Shown here in pieces: positions 27,557-41,640 of a DNA stretch of 64,000 nt. The translations under genes and the position numbers were made by a program. The stretch is taken from the NCBI RefSeq assembly GCF_006345805.1, contig NC_043018.1:25420001-25484000 (forward strand), in the 5' to 3' direction. Numbering within the stretch: the stretch's first letter is position 1; each line of letters opens with the position of its first letter. The notes under the pieces were generated by a model, which saw only the letters and a program-made list of their open reading frames with translations, was not told the DNA's origin and made no database searches. This stretch comes from Octopus sinensis (lineage: Eukaryota).

Positions 27557-28754
27557 GGTGGTGAGCTGGCAGAATCATTAGCATGCTGGTTGAAATGCTT
27601 AGCGGCATTTCGTCTGTCTTCACTTTCTGAGTTCAAATTCTCCTGAGGTTATTCATCCTTTTGGGGTTGATAAAATAAATACCAGTAGAGTACTGGGGTT
27701 GATGTAGTTGACTTACCCCCTCCCCCAAAATTGCCGACCTTGTGCCAAAATTTGAAATCATTGTTCCTCATCATTTTAACATCCACTTTTCCAGGCTTTA
27801 TATGGGTCACACTGAATTTATATACGAGTGAATTTGGTAGACAAACTGGAAGAAGTCAGTTGTGTGTGTGTTTTCCAACTGGTGTTGGTGTGTTTATGTC
27901 CCCATAACTTAGTGGTTCAGCAAAAGAAGCCAATTACCAATTGGTTAAGTACCAGGATCTATTAGTTTGACTAAATTTCCTCAAAGTGGTGCCCCAGCAT
28001 GGCCGTAGTCTGACTGAAACAAAGGATAAAGATATGGTGTCTTTCTTTCAGTTTCTGTCTACCAAATCCACTCATGAGGCTTTGGTTGGCCCATGGCTAT
28101 AACAAAAGGCACTTGCTGTGTGGTGGTAAAGGTAAAAACCTAAAGTTACCTTCTCGAGTCATGCTGACTAATAAGGGCTGGCTTCCTTGTTTTGTGGCGT
28201 ATATATTCCCCCACCTGAACGGGAGGCTGGTCTATTGCATGGTTACTCATTTTTGCCAGCTGAGTGGACTGGAGTAGCCTGAAATTAAGCTAAATAAATT
28301 AACTTGAAATTCTGATGAAGGTTTTACCTCAGATCATTTCAAAATATAAATTTTGTGTTGTAGAACCAAGGGTAGTCTCAGGAAGGTTGGTATCAAGAGA
28401 GGTTAATGTCCTAGCCATTCTCTCAGCTCATATCTGTTCTGACAGCTATATATGTCTGGAATCATTCTTTAATAGATTTGTTGGTGTATCGGCATGATAT
28501 AAACATGTCTTCATATCTATTTAGAAACAAAAAAAAAAAACAAAAAAAAAATTTTTCTTTCTCTTTTCATTTTTACATCCATTTATTATTTTTTTTTATT
28601 GTTTGTAAGATTTGCTAAGGTAGTTTTGTTTAATGTAATTGTCTGCACAGCTTGATGGATTATCTTCCTACCATTGGCCACTCTGCTGTGAAGTCCAGAT
28701 TCGAAGACTGTTTTAAGTTCATTAAGCAGGAATATATATTAATGATAGTGTTAA

Positions 28755-28960
28755 CCTCCTTTATGACCAGACATCTGTTAAAATAGACTGCCTTTGTTTC
28801 AATCAATTTTGGAAGTAATGAAAATTTCAGTAAAATAACTTGGTGTTTGGACCGTAACATAAAATTCCGATGGAAGGTTTTTTAATTTAGATACTTTAAA
28901 AACATGAAGTTTTGTATCATAAAACCAGTGGTGGTCTCAAGTGGGTTGGCATCAAAAGAT
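28755..28960. mobile_element. Decayed TTAA-flanked MITE (family B-like)
   Basis: Internal agtaaaataactt..ggaag..ttttaatt..aaaac resembles 51929-52147; TTAA-like ends. Confidence 0.5.
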
Positions 28961-29615
28961 TTAATGTTCTATGTGCATCAGTTGCTGTGGTTTTGTCTGG
29001 ATTCAAAACCGGTTTCATTTTCTATTTCATCTATGGAAACGTGAAATGTTCTCGGGTCTCTTATGAAATAGTAAATGATCAGGACTCCTGAAAATATTTC
29101 ACTGAGAGTACTGTCTTACTCTTTTACTTGTTTCAGTCATTTGACTGCAGCCATGCTGGAGCACCACCTTGAAGGGCTTTAGTTGAACAAATCAACCCAG
29201 GGACTTGGTGTATTTATGTTCCCATAAAAAAGCTGATAGAATAAGTACTTGGCTTTAAAAACCAACGCTAGTTGTCAAGTGGTGATGGGAGGGACAGACA
29301 CAAAGAGACACATACACATTCACACACACACAATGGGCTTCTTTCAATTTCTGTCTACCAAATCCACTCAGAAGGCTTTGGTTAACTTGAGGCTATGGTA
29401 GAAGACACTTGCTCAAAGTGTCACACAGTGGGACTGAACCTGGAAGCAAGCTTGTTACTACACAACCACGCCTGCACTTACATTTGGAAAATTTTATTTA
29501 TATCTTAGCTGAAGGAGGAAGGACAACATTGTATCCTTTTGGAAAAGCTGCAGAGACTGGTGGGGTGAACTAGGAAGAAACCACAGCCCATGGCTTGATG
29601 TTACAGGAAGTAGCA

Positions 29616-29846
29616 AGGCAGCGAACTGGCAGAAACATTAGCACACTGGGCGAAATGCGTAGCTGTATTTCGTCTGCCGCTACGTTCTGAGTTCAAATTC
29701 CGCCGAGGTCAACTTTGCCTTTCATCCTTTCGGGGTCGATTAAATAAGTACCAGTTCTGCACTGGGGTCGATATAACCGACTTAATCCATTTGTCTGTCC
29801 TTGTTTGTCCTATCTGTGTTTAGCCCCTTGTGGGTAGTAAAGAAAT
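29616..29846 (+). mobile_element. Full-length SINE family A with 11-bp TSD
   Basis: TSD aggaagtagca at 29605-29615 and 29847-29857. Confidence 0.92.
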
Positions 29847-30374
29847 AGGAAGTAGCACTATTAAAGACATCTAGTTATCTTCTGGTCTGAATGCTTAGCG
29901 AAACCCTTGTGACAGGTGGTGGTGTTAAAATCAAGCAGTACATTAAGGCCAATACCACCTTGTCTATAAACCAATTAACCATTTCCCCCCCTCTTTCTAT
30001 TATACATTTGTGTTTCCAGCTATGATGTGGTGATAATAATCATTGTTTTAACATCTACTTTACCACGCTTGAATGAGTCTGAGGGTTTTTAGTGAGGCAG
30101 ATTTTCTATGGCTGGATACCCTTCCTCTGCTTCCAAGCAAGATAATATTTCTTCATGGCTAAGCACTACTTGTATGACAGTGATGTTTATTTGCAACTAT
30201 CAGGCAATGTCAAGCGAAGGAGATGCACACGTGCACACGAAGTGGTTGGTGTTGGGAGGGGCATCTGGCTGTGGAGGCCATGCTGGAGCAGATATTGGAG
30301 CTTGACACAATACTTTGACCTGTTGGATCCTATCAGCTAGCCCATGCTGGCATGGAATAAAGACACTACATGAT

Positions 30375-30610
30375 TCTTATTTCTTATTGCCCACAAGGGG
30401 CTGAACATAGAGGGGACAAACAAGGACAGACAAAGGGAATAAGTTGATTACATCGACCCCAGTGCGTAACTGCTACTTAATTCATCGACCCCGAAAGGAT
30501 GAAAGGCAAAGTGGACCTCGGCAGAATTTGAACTCAGAACGTAACGGCAGGCGAAATACTGCTAAGCATTTTGCCCGGCGTGCTAACGATTCTGCCAGCT
30601 CGACGCCTTG
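30375..30610 (-). mobile_element. Full-length SINE family A with 14-bp TSD
   Basis: TSD agacactacatgat at 30361-30374 and 30611-30624. Confidence 0.92.
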
Positions 30611-30959
30611 AGACACTACATGATGATATATATTTGACTGGCTTCTTTCAGTTTTCTTCTATCCAATCCATTCACAAAGCTTTGATAGGCCAAGCTGCCA
30701 TAGAATGGGACTGAACCTGGAACCATGTAGTTGAGAAGCAAGCTTCTTAACCACAGCCATGCTTGCAACTAGCAACTGTCATCATCATCATCTAATGTCC
30801 GTTTTCCCTGCTGGTATGTGTTGGACGGTTTGACAGGAGCTGACCAGCCAGTGTGCTGCACCAGGCTCCTAGTGCCTTTTGGCAAAGTATCTGCAGCTGA
30901 ATGCCTTTCCTAATGCCAACTACTTTATAGAGTGTACTGGGTGCTTTTTATATGGCACC

Positions 30960-30999
<40 letters not shown>

Positions 31000-32204
31000 T
31001 GTATTAAATAACTCAGCACAAGACTTAATCATTTTATGTTTGTGTTGAACTTTTTAAAAACAGAGTATGTTAGATTGTGGAAATCATTGATTGATTTATC
31101 TATCCATCTATCTCAGTTTTTGGTGGGTGCTTGCTTTCTCTATTTTAATATCACCAACATTTCAGATATCAATATGTAAGCTAATAATAGAAAATATTTT
31201 TTTCTATTATTATTATTTGTTGTTATTGATCAGGAATGCCTATCATTTGAAAAGCCTGTGGCTAAGTCCTCAGCACCATGACAATAGTTCTTTAGCTATT
31301 GTAAATCATATTTGTAATTTATCCTTTTTTTAATATTTTTTTTCTAATATTGTCAAAATACAATAAAATAATGTACATTACTGCTGGTTTTCTTGACATG
31401 AAATATGGCACAAGGTGAGCTTAAATTTTTTGTTATCAGCCACTTGATACTGTCTCTAGTTCTGAGATGCAAAATATTCTGTGTAACCCTTTAGCATTCA
31501 GATTACTCTGTGAAATGTAATGCTTATTCACCTCGTTTTAAATTAATCATGCATTATTTCATAGCCTGGAGATTTTGATGTTGTGATTGATTGCTTGCTT
31601 GTTTGTAAAATGATGCTGTAGGGTAGGTGTGAAAGGCCTACTCTGATGAGTTTGAAGATAAAACGGGTAGTATGCATCTTAATAAAGGAAAAATTATCTA
31701 AATTAAATTAAATCCTTTCCAAATCCCTTTCTTTTTCTCAAATTAATAGAAATATATTAGACAATATATTTTATGAGACATGGTCATAGAGGTGTTAAAA
31801 AATGAACTCAGTAACTATAGCTTTTATTTTGAGAATTTTTGGATTTGGTCTTTGAGCAAATTGTCACACAGACAAATGGATGTCATTGTAAGGGTTAGTG
31901 ATAATGAAAACTTTGTCTAACATTCCTTTGAGTTTAGTGCTGGACCATTTCCTTGCCATTCATGTAATGTTAACCAATGAGGGAATGTTTTATATGTTGG
32001 AAAATATGTTTAAATGTTTAATATTTAAGGATGTTTTATTGAACCCAGTCAGTTGAATGGCTCAGATCAACTTTTGCCCTTCATCTGTCTGGGGTCCTTA
32101 AAGTATTACAGTTCAAGTACCTGGGTTGTATATTAAACTATATCCATCTCTTAAATGTGGGGTATTTGTGAATCAATGAAATCAGTAATTAGGGATGCTT
32201 ATAC

Positions 32205-32236
<32 letters not shown>

Positions 32237-34689
32237 TCATGTGAGGATGTTCTTGTGAGTTCTTTAAACTCCTGTAAATAACCACTTTTTCCAGTTGTGT
32301 TTGTAAATCCTATGTCATTTGATACCATAGAAAGGATCAAAGCACTGCCAATCCTTCTGAGACTTGAATTCAGAAAGTTTGAGTCCATAAATATTTTAAT
32401 ATGGTCCTTTTCTCTCGCCATCTCTACCTATCCCAGTTCAGGCAATTATTTATTGTCACAGACTCAAAAGTTGTATGACATTTTCTTGAGAATAAATTTT
32501 CATTGTTTTTTGTTAAAGGAAAACACACACACATTGCATAATTATGTTAGTGACAGTTTCTATCAGTGGAATGGTTTACAGACAGGATTCTTCTATTTGG
32601 TAGGATTAAATTATTTAGTTGGTACTCATCTGAAGACTCAGACATTTGTTTTTTAAAAAGGCTTAAAAAAAATGACACTAATCTGATTATAGCATACACA
32701 CACACACACAGTATGCTCAGTTGTGCAATGCATACCCTTTCGCATGCATGCACACTCATGCAGAACGCAGACTTGCACGCACACATTCAGACAAGGAGAA
32801 AGATAGGATGAAATTTCAATAAAAATTTTATGTTATTTAGAAGTAGTTTACATATTTTAAAAGAGCATGGCTTCTGTATTTTGGGTTAAAAATCAGATCT
32901 GTTTCGTTGTTGAAGTTTTAGATGTTATCTTTTAATCCATATTAACTGTCTGTGTGCGTTTCACAAAGAACAACGATCATATTAGAACCCCATTCCTTAA
33001 TCTTTATTCTTGTATATGACCGGATGGTTCCACCGCAAATATTTCCATTTTAGTTATCTTTTAATCATTTCAGTCGTTGCATTGCAGCCATGCTGGGGTA
33101 CTTCCTTGAAGGATTTAGTTGAACAAATTGATGCCAGTTGTAAAGCTGTGGGGAGGAGGACACGGACACACACGTGTGTGTGTGTAATTTGCTAATGATT
33201 CTGCCAGCATCCACACAATTTCTTTATACCAACTTTTATCACAGGGCTTTATTTGACCAGAGACTCTTGTTGAAGACACTTGCCCAGAATGCCTTCATGA
33301 CTATTAATATGGCAAACCTTTTAACCACAAAGCTTTTAATATACCAAAAAATAATTACAATATAAAGTATATTGTAGATAGAGTAGAATAGTGAGCTATC
33401 AAGTTAAGATACTGGACTGTCAACTGCAACACTGCCTGGCTTGAGCAATTGACCTGTTGTAAAGTTACCTATACTTAATATTTTCAGTGGGAGAAGTTGT
33501 AGAATTAGTTAGGAAGTCAAAAGAAATTGATTTTGATTTTTCTTCTTTTTCCTTCTTCCTCCTTTGAAATATGTTTCAAAATATTGATTTGTGTCACCCA
33601 TTACGGGGCTGCTCTCTTCAGTCAGATCAATGAGAAAGAAGTTTAATTCAGCTCGCTGGATACACCTTGCTGCTTCTGTCTGATGCTGCACCATCACGCT
33701 GTGTGTGCTGTGATGCTGTGTTTATACAGTCATAAGTGCAGTATTGCCATGTGATTGCAGCAAAAACTGGTATGGTGACTTTGATAGTTTGAAATTGTTT
33801 TTTGTTGCGTCAACTCTGGTCGTGTACGACTATCAACGAAGATAGTCCAGCCATGACCATCCTGTTTTTTCTGTACATTAATTAGTATGGTGTGAATTAA
33901 GAGACACTTGACTGGGGCCTGACCCATGCTTCCATGGGTCAGGCACAATTTGTTGAGGCAGATTTTTTTACAGCTGGATGTCCTTTCTGTTACCACCCAC
34001 CCACCCGTTTCCAAGCAAGGCAGTATTTATCTATGGTTAGACATATTCTTATGGAAGACTGGAAACAAGCAACATTGCTTGTATGATGTTGATGCTTTTT
34101 TTTACAAGCCTCACATGGTATCAAGACTAGTTGCACACATAAACACACACTGGACTTCCTTCGGTTTCTGGCTAATAAATCCATTCACAGGGCTTTGATT
34201 GGCTTGGGGTTATAGTAGAACATGCCATGCAATCGGACTAAACCTGGGACCACATGGTTGGGAAACAAGCTTCTCAATCACATAGCCTCACCTTGATCCT
34301 GTTATTGACGGTATTTGTAGGTACAAGCATGGTTGTAAGGTTAAGACGTTCACTTTGGAACTATGATTTTGGGGACAGTCCCACTGCATGGCACCTGGGC
34401 AAGTGTCTTCCATTATAGCTCTGAAGCAAGCAATGCCTTGTGGGTGATTTTGATGACCTTGTTGCAGTGTGGTGGCCGTGTGCCTCAAAGACAGTGAGAG
34501 CAATGTGATGATGCCATACTTTAAGATATCAATAAATCCTGAGAGTTGACTGTATTGTTTAAGCCTTTAGCATTTAGACCGGCCAAATCCAGCCCAAATA
34601 TTCTGTTGAAATTGGCCTCTCACACCCACCCTACAATTTAATTCTAAAAATAAACAATCACATCATAAAAATCTCAACGCTACAAGATA

Positions 34690-35130
34690 ATACAAAATGT
34701 GTGGTAAGAAGCTTGCTTTCCAACCACATGGTCCCAGGTTCAGTCCCACTGTGTGACACCTTGGGCAAGTGTCTTCTACTATAGCTTCGGGCTGTCTAAA
34801 GCCTTGTGAGTGGATTTGGTAGACAGGAACTGGAAGAAGCCCATCGTGCACACGCGTGTGTGTATGTGTGTGTGTGTATATATATATATATATGTGTGCA
34901 TATATTTGTGTGTCTGTTTATTTCCCCCACCATGACTTCACAACCGATGTTGATGTATTTGTCTCAGTAACTTAGTGGTTCAGCAGAAGAGAACCAATAG
35001 AATAGAATAAGTACTGGGCTTACAAAGAATAAAACCTGGGGTTGGTTTCTTTGACTAATACCCTTTAAGGTGGTGCTCCAGCATGGCCACAGTCAAATGA
35101 CTGAACCGAGTAAAAGAAAAGAAAAAAAAG
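34690..35130 (+). mobile_element. SINE family B, near full length
   Basis: tgtgtggtaagaagcttgc head through ggtgctccagcatggccacagtcaaatgactgaa tail. Confidence 0.8.
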
Positions 35131-36544
35131 AAAGTAGAAGCAAGTCATCGGACATACCCATTTCTTTCTCCACTTCTGTCCATTGCTTATATTTCTCACT
35201 TGCACAGATGTGTACCACATTCGGTGGTAGGTCTAACATACCATCCAGTTTAACACCACTACCTTAGTTATTTGTATTTCTTTGAGCATGTTACACTTCA
35301 GCTTTGTTGTGATTCATCTATGTTGGATGAAAGGAGACAGGTAAAAGTATAATAAGCAAAAACTGTTATTTATTGCTGTAGTTGTTGCTTTTGATGAGGG
35401 CTTACATTGTAAAGAGCTGTAGTATGCTGTGGTCTGCATAGATGTTTCTAACCCACCTGGAGATCCATTGATGTGGTCCTTTCTCATTGTTGTGAACACT
35501 TCAAAAATCACATTTTATAAACTGTGGATTGTCGTCAGAAATGGTTCTATTTGAAATTCTTCATAGCTGTGTGATTCAGAAGGTCACTTTGTAATCTCAT
35601 GGCTTTGGGTTCACATCCACTGCACAGCATCTACCATGACTTCAAGCTGACCAATGCTTTGTGAGTGAATTTGGTAGATGAAAACTGTGAAAGATTATTG
35701 TGCGCGCGTTTCCGTTTGTGGTTGGTTCTTTCTACTGCTTGACAACTGATGTTGGTTTGTTTACATCCTCTGTAACGTAGCAGTTTCGCAAAAGAGACAA
35801 AAAAAACACACACACACACACAAGGTGCCATGCAGTGAGACTCCACCCGTGACCAAGTGGTTGGGAAGCAAGCATTTTACCGCACAGCCATGCCTGTGCC
35901 TATATATATATATATTTTGTTAAATCGTCGTTCGACTCCATTCTTTCGTTTATTTATTTAAAAAAACACACAAATTTCCACACGAAAGCACGTGATATCT
36001 GCCCTTGGCATGTAGCTTCAACCGTGTTTTCTGACGTGAATTTGCTACCCGGGTATCGGTAGGATAATTCACTCAACTACTATATATATAGTATATATAT
36101 ATAAATAATTTCTTCATTTTTAACTATATTTTTGTTGCTGTTGGGCTGTTCTTCTTTTCTACTTGAATGTTTCTTAGTTTTTCTTTCGTTTTTCTTTCCA
36201 TTCCAATGTAACACTCATGGTGGTAATGCACTTTTGTTCTTAGCACAAAATAGACGACAATTTTATTTCCCCATAGAACAAAACTTCATTTCTCTTAGAC
36301 TCTTGTTTTATGGGCAAATAAATTGAAGCAGCTGAATATTTCATTTACCAATTCATGCTTTTCCTGATACTGGAGTAGTTGAGACTTCCTTCAAACACTT
36401 TCACAAATTATCTGCTTTTTTAAAACATTTTGGCTTTTTGGATTGCATCTGCTGTTACAAAATTGACATAGCATTCACAATAGTCACACATGTGCCCATA
36501 ATAGAGAGAAATTATTATTATTATTAAAATCATCATCATTATTA

Positions 36545-37162
36545 TTGAGGTGGTGAGCTGGCAGAATTGTTAGTAACCTGGGAAAAAAGCTTAGCGGTAT
36601 TTCATCTGCTGCTACGTTCTGAGTTCAAATTCCGCCAAGATAGACTTTGCCTTTCATCCTTTCAGAGTCGATAAAATAAGTACCAGTTGTACATTGGGGG
36701 TCAATGTAATCGATTTAACCCCTTCCCCCAAATTCCTGCCCTTGTGGCAAAATTTGAAACCATTATTATTATTCGTCTGTTATTATTATCACAACAAAGG
36801 CAGCAAGTTGGCAGAATCGTTAGCACACTGGGCAAAATGCTTAGCAGTATTTCATATGCCACTATGTTCTGAGTTCAAATTCCACCGAGGTAGAATTTGC
36901 CTTTCGTCCTTCCGGGGTTGATAAATTAAGTCCCAGTTGCGCACTGAGGTCGATGTAATCGACTTAATCCCTTCCCTCAAATATGAGGCCTTGTACTTAC
37001 AGTAGAAAGGACTATTATCATTATTATTATGATAATGGTTTCAAATTTTGCAACAAAGGCAGCAATTTTGGCTGAGGGGATGACCCCAGTGTTCAACTGG
37101 TTCTTATTTTATCGACCCCACCAAAATTGGCAGAATTTGAACTCAGAATGTAGCGATGGGCA

Positions 37163-37204
<42 letters not shown>

Positions 37205-37420
37205 GGCAATGAACTGGCAGAGCCTTTTAGCACTCTGGACAAAATGCTTAGTGGCACTTCATCTGTCTTTGTTTTAAGTTCAAATGCTGTCAAGGTTGAC
37301 TTTCCCTTTCATCCTCTCGGTGTTGATAAAATAAGTACCAGTTGAGTACTGGGTCAATGTAATTGACTTAAGCCCCCCACCCAAAATTCCAGGCTGTATG
37401 CCTGTTGTAGAAAGGATCAT
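36545..37420. mobile_element. Cluster of four SINE A-related copies (+,+,-,+)
   Basis: Repeated ctggcagaa..ttagc..aaatgcttag..gagttcaaat..gactttgcctttcatcc motifs separated by (ATT)n/(AAAT)n spacers. Confidence 0.85.
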
Positions 37421-37878
37421 CATCATCATCATAATATCTTGGTGTTTCTTAAATTTCTATAATTTTTCAGTCTTACTTCTTTAAACTTTTTCTCATTAAT
37501 ATATAAACCATAATTTTGTTTTATTAAATGTAGCATTTATAGCTTTGTTAATAGTGTCTGACTAATCACTCAGTATAATTGCAATGATGTTGAGGTAGTA
37601 TGGGAAAGAGAGAGAGGGCTAAGTGATTCAGTTTTTGTTTTCTCGTTTCATTTATTCTAAACAGTGTGCTTTTTATAATTATTAGGTTTTTTCCAAAATT
37701 AAAAAATTTTTTTTATGAATCTTTCACCATCATTGTCATTATCGTCAGCACTTAAGTGTTGATATGATGTCAACAGGGTTGTCTTGTCATATCCTGCTAC
37801 AGTTTGATGTAGTGATTTCAGTTAGTTTAGAAAACTTTTACTGTTGCATTGGGCCTTTTCATTTTCTACTCTCATTAA

Positions 37879-38097
37879 CTCTTTAGTATTTAAACCGGCC
37901 ATATCCGGCCAAAATAGCTAATCTGTTTTATGTTCAAACTGACCAGATCCAGGCCCTCACACCTACCCTACAATGTTATTCTACATTAAGTAATTACACT
38001 ATCAAGATCTTGAAGATATGAGATAATGCATGATTAATTCAAATCAATGGGAATCAATAAGCATTATGTTTGATAGAATAATCTGAACACTAAAGGG
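37879..38097. mobile_element. Intact TTAA-flanked MITE family A (piggyBac-like termini)
   Basis: TTAA on both sides (37875-37878, 38098-38101); termini ctctttagt / actaaaggg. Confidence 0.85.
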
Positions 38098-38183
38098 TTA
38101 ACATGGTGGGCTGGCAGAGTTGTTGGCACATTGGACAAAGCGCTTAGCAGTAGTTTTGGATCTTTGTGGTTTTCATCACTGCA

Positions 38184-38584
38184 TACTCTCTTTACTCTTT
38201 TACTTGTTTCAGTCATTTGACTGCGGCCATGCTGGAGCACCGCCTTTTAGTCGAGCAAATCGACCCTAGGACTTATTTTTTGTAAGCCTAGTACTTATTC
38301 TATCGGTCTCTTTTGCCGAACCGCTAAGTTACGGCGATGTAAACACACCAGCATCGGTTGTCAAGCGATGTTGGGGGGACAAACACAGACACACAAACAT
38401 ACACACACACACACACATACGACAGGCTTCTTTCAGTTTCCACCTACCAAATCCACTCACAAGGCTTTGGTCGGCCCGAGGCTATAGTAGAAGACACTTG
38501 CCCAAGGTACCGTGCAGTGGGACTGAACCCGGAACCGTGTGATTGGTAAGCAAACTACTTACCACACCGCCACTCCTGCGCCAT
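38184..38584 (-). mobile_element. Young full-length SINE family B
   Basis: Complete head-to-tail copy with CpGs largely intact. Confidence 0.9.
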
Positions 38585-38633
38585 GTCAAAATCTTTAGAA
38601 GAAATTTTAAATTTTTTATGCTGAATCTGAATT

Positions 38634-39069
38634 TGTTATTCATTTATTACAGAAAAATTTTGCAAAACTGTTACAGGTGTTCAGAGGTTGATATTTTTCA
38701 GCATTTTCAGCCAATCAGAAAACAGTGCGTTTTGCTGCCTCTTCCATCACCTGTCACAGTAGCAAGAAGGGGGGGGGGCACCGGCAAGTCAAAACATTAA
38801 ACTAGCTACAGTAAACAGTGAAAAATGTTCTAGAATTGAATTCCTACTGTTAAGAAAATAAACACTTATAGAACATGTGGTGGATACACTTCTTGTGCGC
38901 ATGCACAGCATCTTTGGTTACTATGGAAACAGAGTTCTTTGCAATCAACTATGGAACTTGTGGTGCTTCTTTACTTACTATGCTAACAGAACTTCACAGT
39001 GATGTGTAAGATACCTGCTTCTGATTGGCCGAAATACTCAAATTTTGCAAAATTTAAGGGCTAATAACT
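38634..39069. mobile_element. Putative non-autonomous TIR element with CCAAT-containing inverted ends
   Basis: cagcattttcagccaatcagaa (left) versus ttctgattggccgaaatactca (right); aaattttgcaaaa near both ends. Confidence 0.5.
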
Positions 39070-40741
39070 TAGAAATAATAAATTTATGGGGAAAATGAAT
39101 TTCATTTTCATAATTAATCCATTTACCAAATTAGAAAACAATTGGAACAAAATTGTAGACAGTGATGATAGCCACAAAGATCCATATTTCTTTTTGTTAT
39201 TTACTTTTCTGGGGTCAACTTTGCTTTTCATCCTTTTGGGGGTCAATAAAATAAAGGTTAAAAACGGGTCGATGTCGTCAAATAACTTCTGCCCTCTCCC
39301 ACCCATTGCTGGCATTGTGCTAAAATTTGAAACTATTATTTCTATCCTTTAACACCTCTGTTATCTGCAATTGTGAAGGCATGTGGTTTAGTGGTTAGGG
39401 CATTTGGCTCACAGTTGAAGGGTCATGAGTTCAATTCCTGGCGACACATTGTGTCCTTGAGCAAGACACTATTTCACGGTACTCCAGTTCACTCAGCTAA
39501 CAAAAATAAGCCGTACCTGTATTTCAAAGGGCCAGCCATATCACACTCTGTGTCACACTGGATCTCCCTGAGAAGTATGTGAAGGAGATACACGTGTCTG
39601 TGGAGTGCTCAGCCACTTGCACATTAATCTCAAGAGCAGCTGGGACCCTCGTCGTCATAAGCAACAGAGTTCCAGTGCCAGTTATGTGCAATCACTGCCA
39701 GAGGCCTTACATATCTTATCATCATTCTGAGCCACTCCTATCTTCCACCATCACTTGCTACAGTCACTTTTATTCCATCTCTAACCATTTCTCCTTTGTG
39801 GTTAGGGTGTTGCATTCATTATCATAAGATCATGGTTTCAATTCCTAGAATGAACAGTGCATTGTGTTCTTGGGCAAAACGCTTCATTTCATGTTACGCT
39901 TGCTCATTCAGCTGTAAATGTGCTCCTGCAATAGCTAAGAAGTTAACTCTGCGATGGACTGGTGTCCTGCTCAGTGGGTAGTGTTGTAACTTAAGTTATG
40001 TCACTTACATACCATGGAAAGTGGGCTAAGCTCTGGCCTTACAAGTCTTGGGTCTTGCGACAGACCTGAGTAAGTAAGACTCTTGTGTAAAATGAATCGC
40101 GTTAGCAATGGTTACTGATGGATGCAGTTGATGGCTGATCTCTTCACATCTGCAGGAAAACTGGGGCTGCAAGGTAACTGGACATGTGGTCAAAATGAAC
40201 TCTGCTAAAGGCAATCAAGGACCAGGTGGTGATGTTAAACTGGGCAGTATTAGTCTACCATAAATATAGCAGGTGTGTGTATGTGAGAACTATAGGTAAA
40301 GGACAAAGTAGAGAAGGAAATGGATGCTATTTTAGCATGGAGTTTACTGCTGTATTTATAGTTTACTCTGTGTCATATCTTGATCTGGGTTGGGATTAAG
40401 GGTTACTGGTTAGGGTTTAAGATTAGAGTGAGTCGGACTTCATGCTCAAGTGTTAAATGGCAAAATGGCATGGTAGACTGCATGATGAAGTGGCATCAGG
40501 AAATGAATATGTTCTGTTGATAATCTATACTTATAAATGTCAATGTATCTTTGTCCTGAACAATACCGCAATTTCTCAGCAAGGATTTACCAAAATTGCC
40601 ACACAAATCAAAATTCATCTCAGAATGGTATATAAAGAACACACACAAACCAAAAAAATAAAAAAACAAAAAAAAACAAAGCAAAATTAGGTCAAAGTTC
40701 CCCCTGAGGCAATATCTGCACATTCTCATGTGCATGCTCTT

Positions 40742-40776
<35 letters not shown>

Positions 40777-41324
40777 CAGAATGTGTCACTATGGTAGCAA
40801 CAACTATTCAAAGACTGTTTTGCATTTAGTCTTTCAGTTTCTGTGTTTTCATTGAACGGTTCATTTTGCATGAAATTTGTTTTTTCTCTGTGAACCATGG
40901 CCCATAAAAACTGTCTGTAACCTATTGTTTAACCCCACCCCCAAAGCTGACGTATTTAGCAAACTGAGTATTGTTGTATATTAAACAACTTTCTCATAAC
41001 GATTGTCTTTTATTTTCTTACAAAATTTTACAAGCATACAAATTGAAGGTATGACACAGCATTTATGACTAATATATAATATAGAATACAATAATGGGTT
41101 CAGCTTTGATACAAGGCCAACAGTTTCGGTGGGTTGGCTTAGTCGATTGCATTGACCCCAATACTCAGCTGATACTTATTTTGTTGACTCTGAAAAGATG
41201 AAAGGCAAAGTTGAACCCACAAGGTCCATAGCCAGAGGAAATGTCACTAAGCATTTTGTCTGGTGAGGTAACGGTTCTACCAGTTTGTCACCTAATTAAC
41301 AAACAGTAAATGATAAAGTTCCGG

Positions 41325-41640
41325 GTTCAGTCCCACTGTGTGGCACCTTGGACAAGTCTCTTCTACTATAGCTTTGGGCTGCCCAAAGCCTTGTGAGTGG
41401 ATTTGGTAGACAGAAACTGAAAGAAGCCCGTCGTGTGTATTTGTGTCTTTGTCCCACACCATCGCTTGACAGCTGATGTTGGTGTGTTTACGTTCCCATA
41501 ACTTAGTGGTCTGGCAAAAACAGACCGATAGAATAAGTACTAGGCTTACAAAGAATAAGTCCTGAGGTGGATTTGTTTGACTAAAGGCAGTGCTCCAGCA
41601 TAGCCACAGTCAAATGACTGAAACAAAAGAATAAAAGAAA
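41325..41640 (+). mobile_element. SINE family B
   Basis: gggttcagtcccactgtgtggcaccttgg through aaatgactgaaacaaaagaataaaag. Confidence 0.8.

Noticed and set aside
31405-31420. ATG GCA CAA G|gtgagc as the B55 first exon (also 8646 and 22399)
   Set aside because: Short ATG plus phase-1 donor combinations are expected by chance in 59 kb; there is no supporting promoter motif, unlike 58357.
40390-40430. Interstitial telomeric repeat
   Set aside because: Only one exact TTAGGG in a short degenerate G/T-rich stretch.
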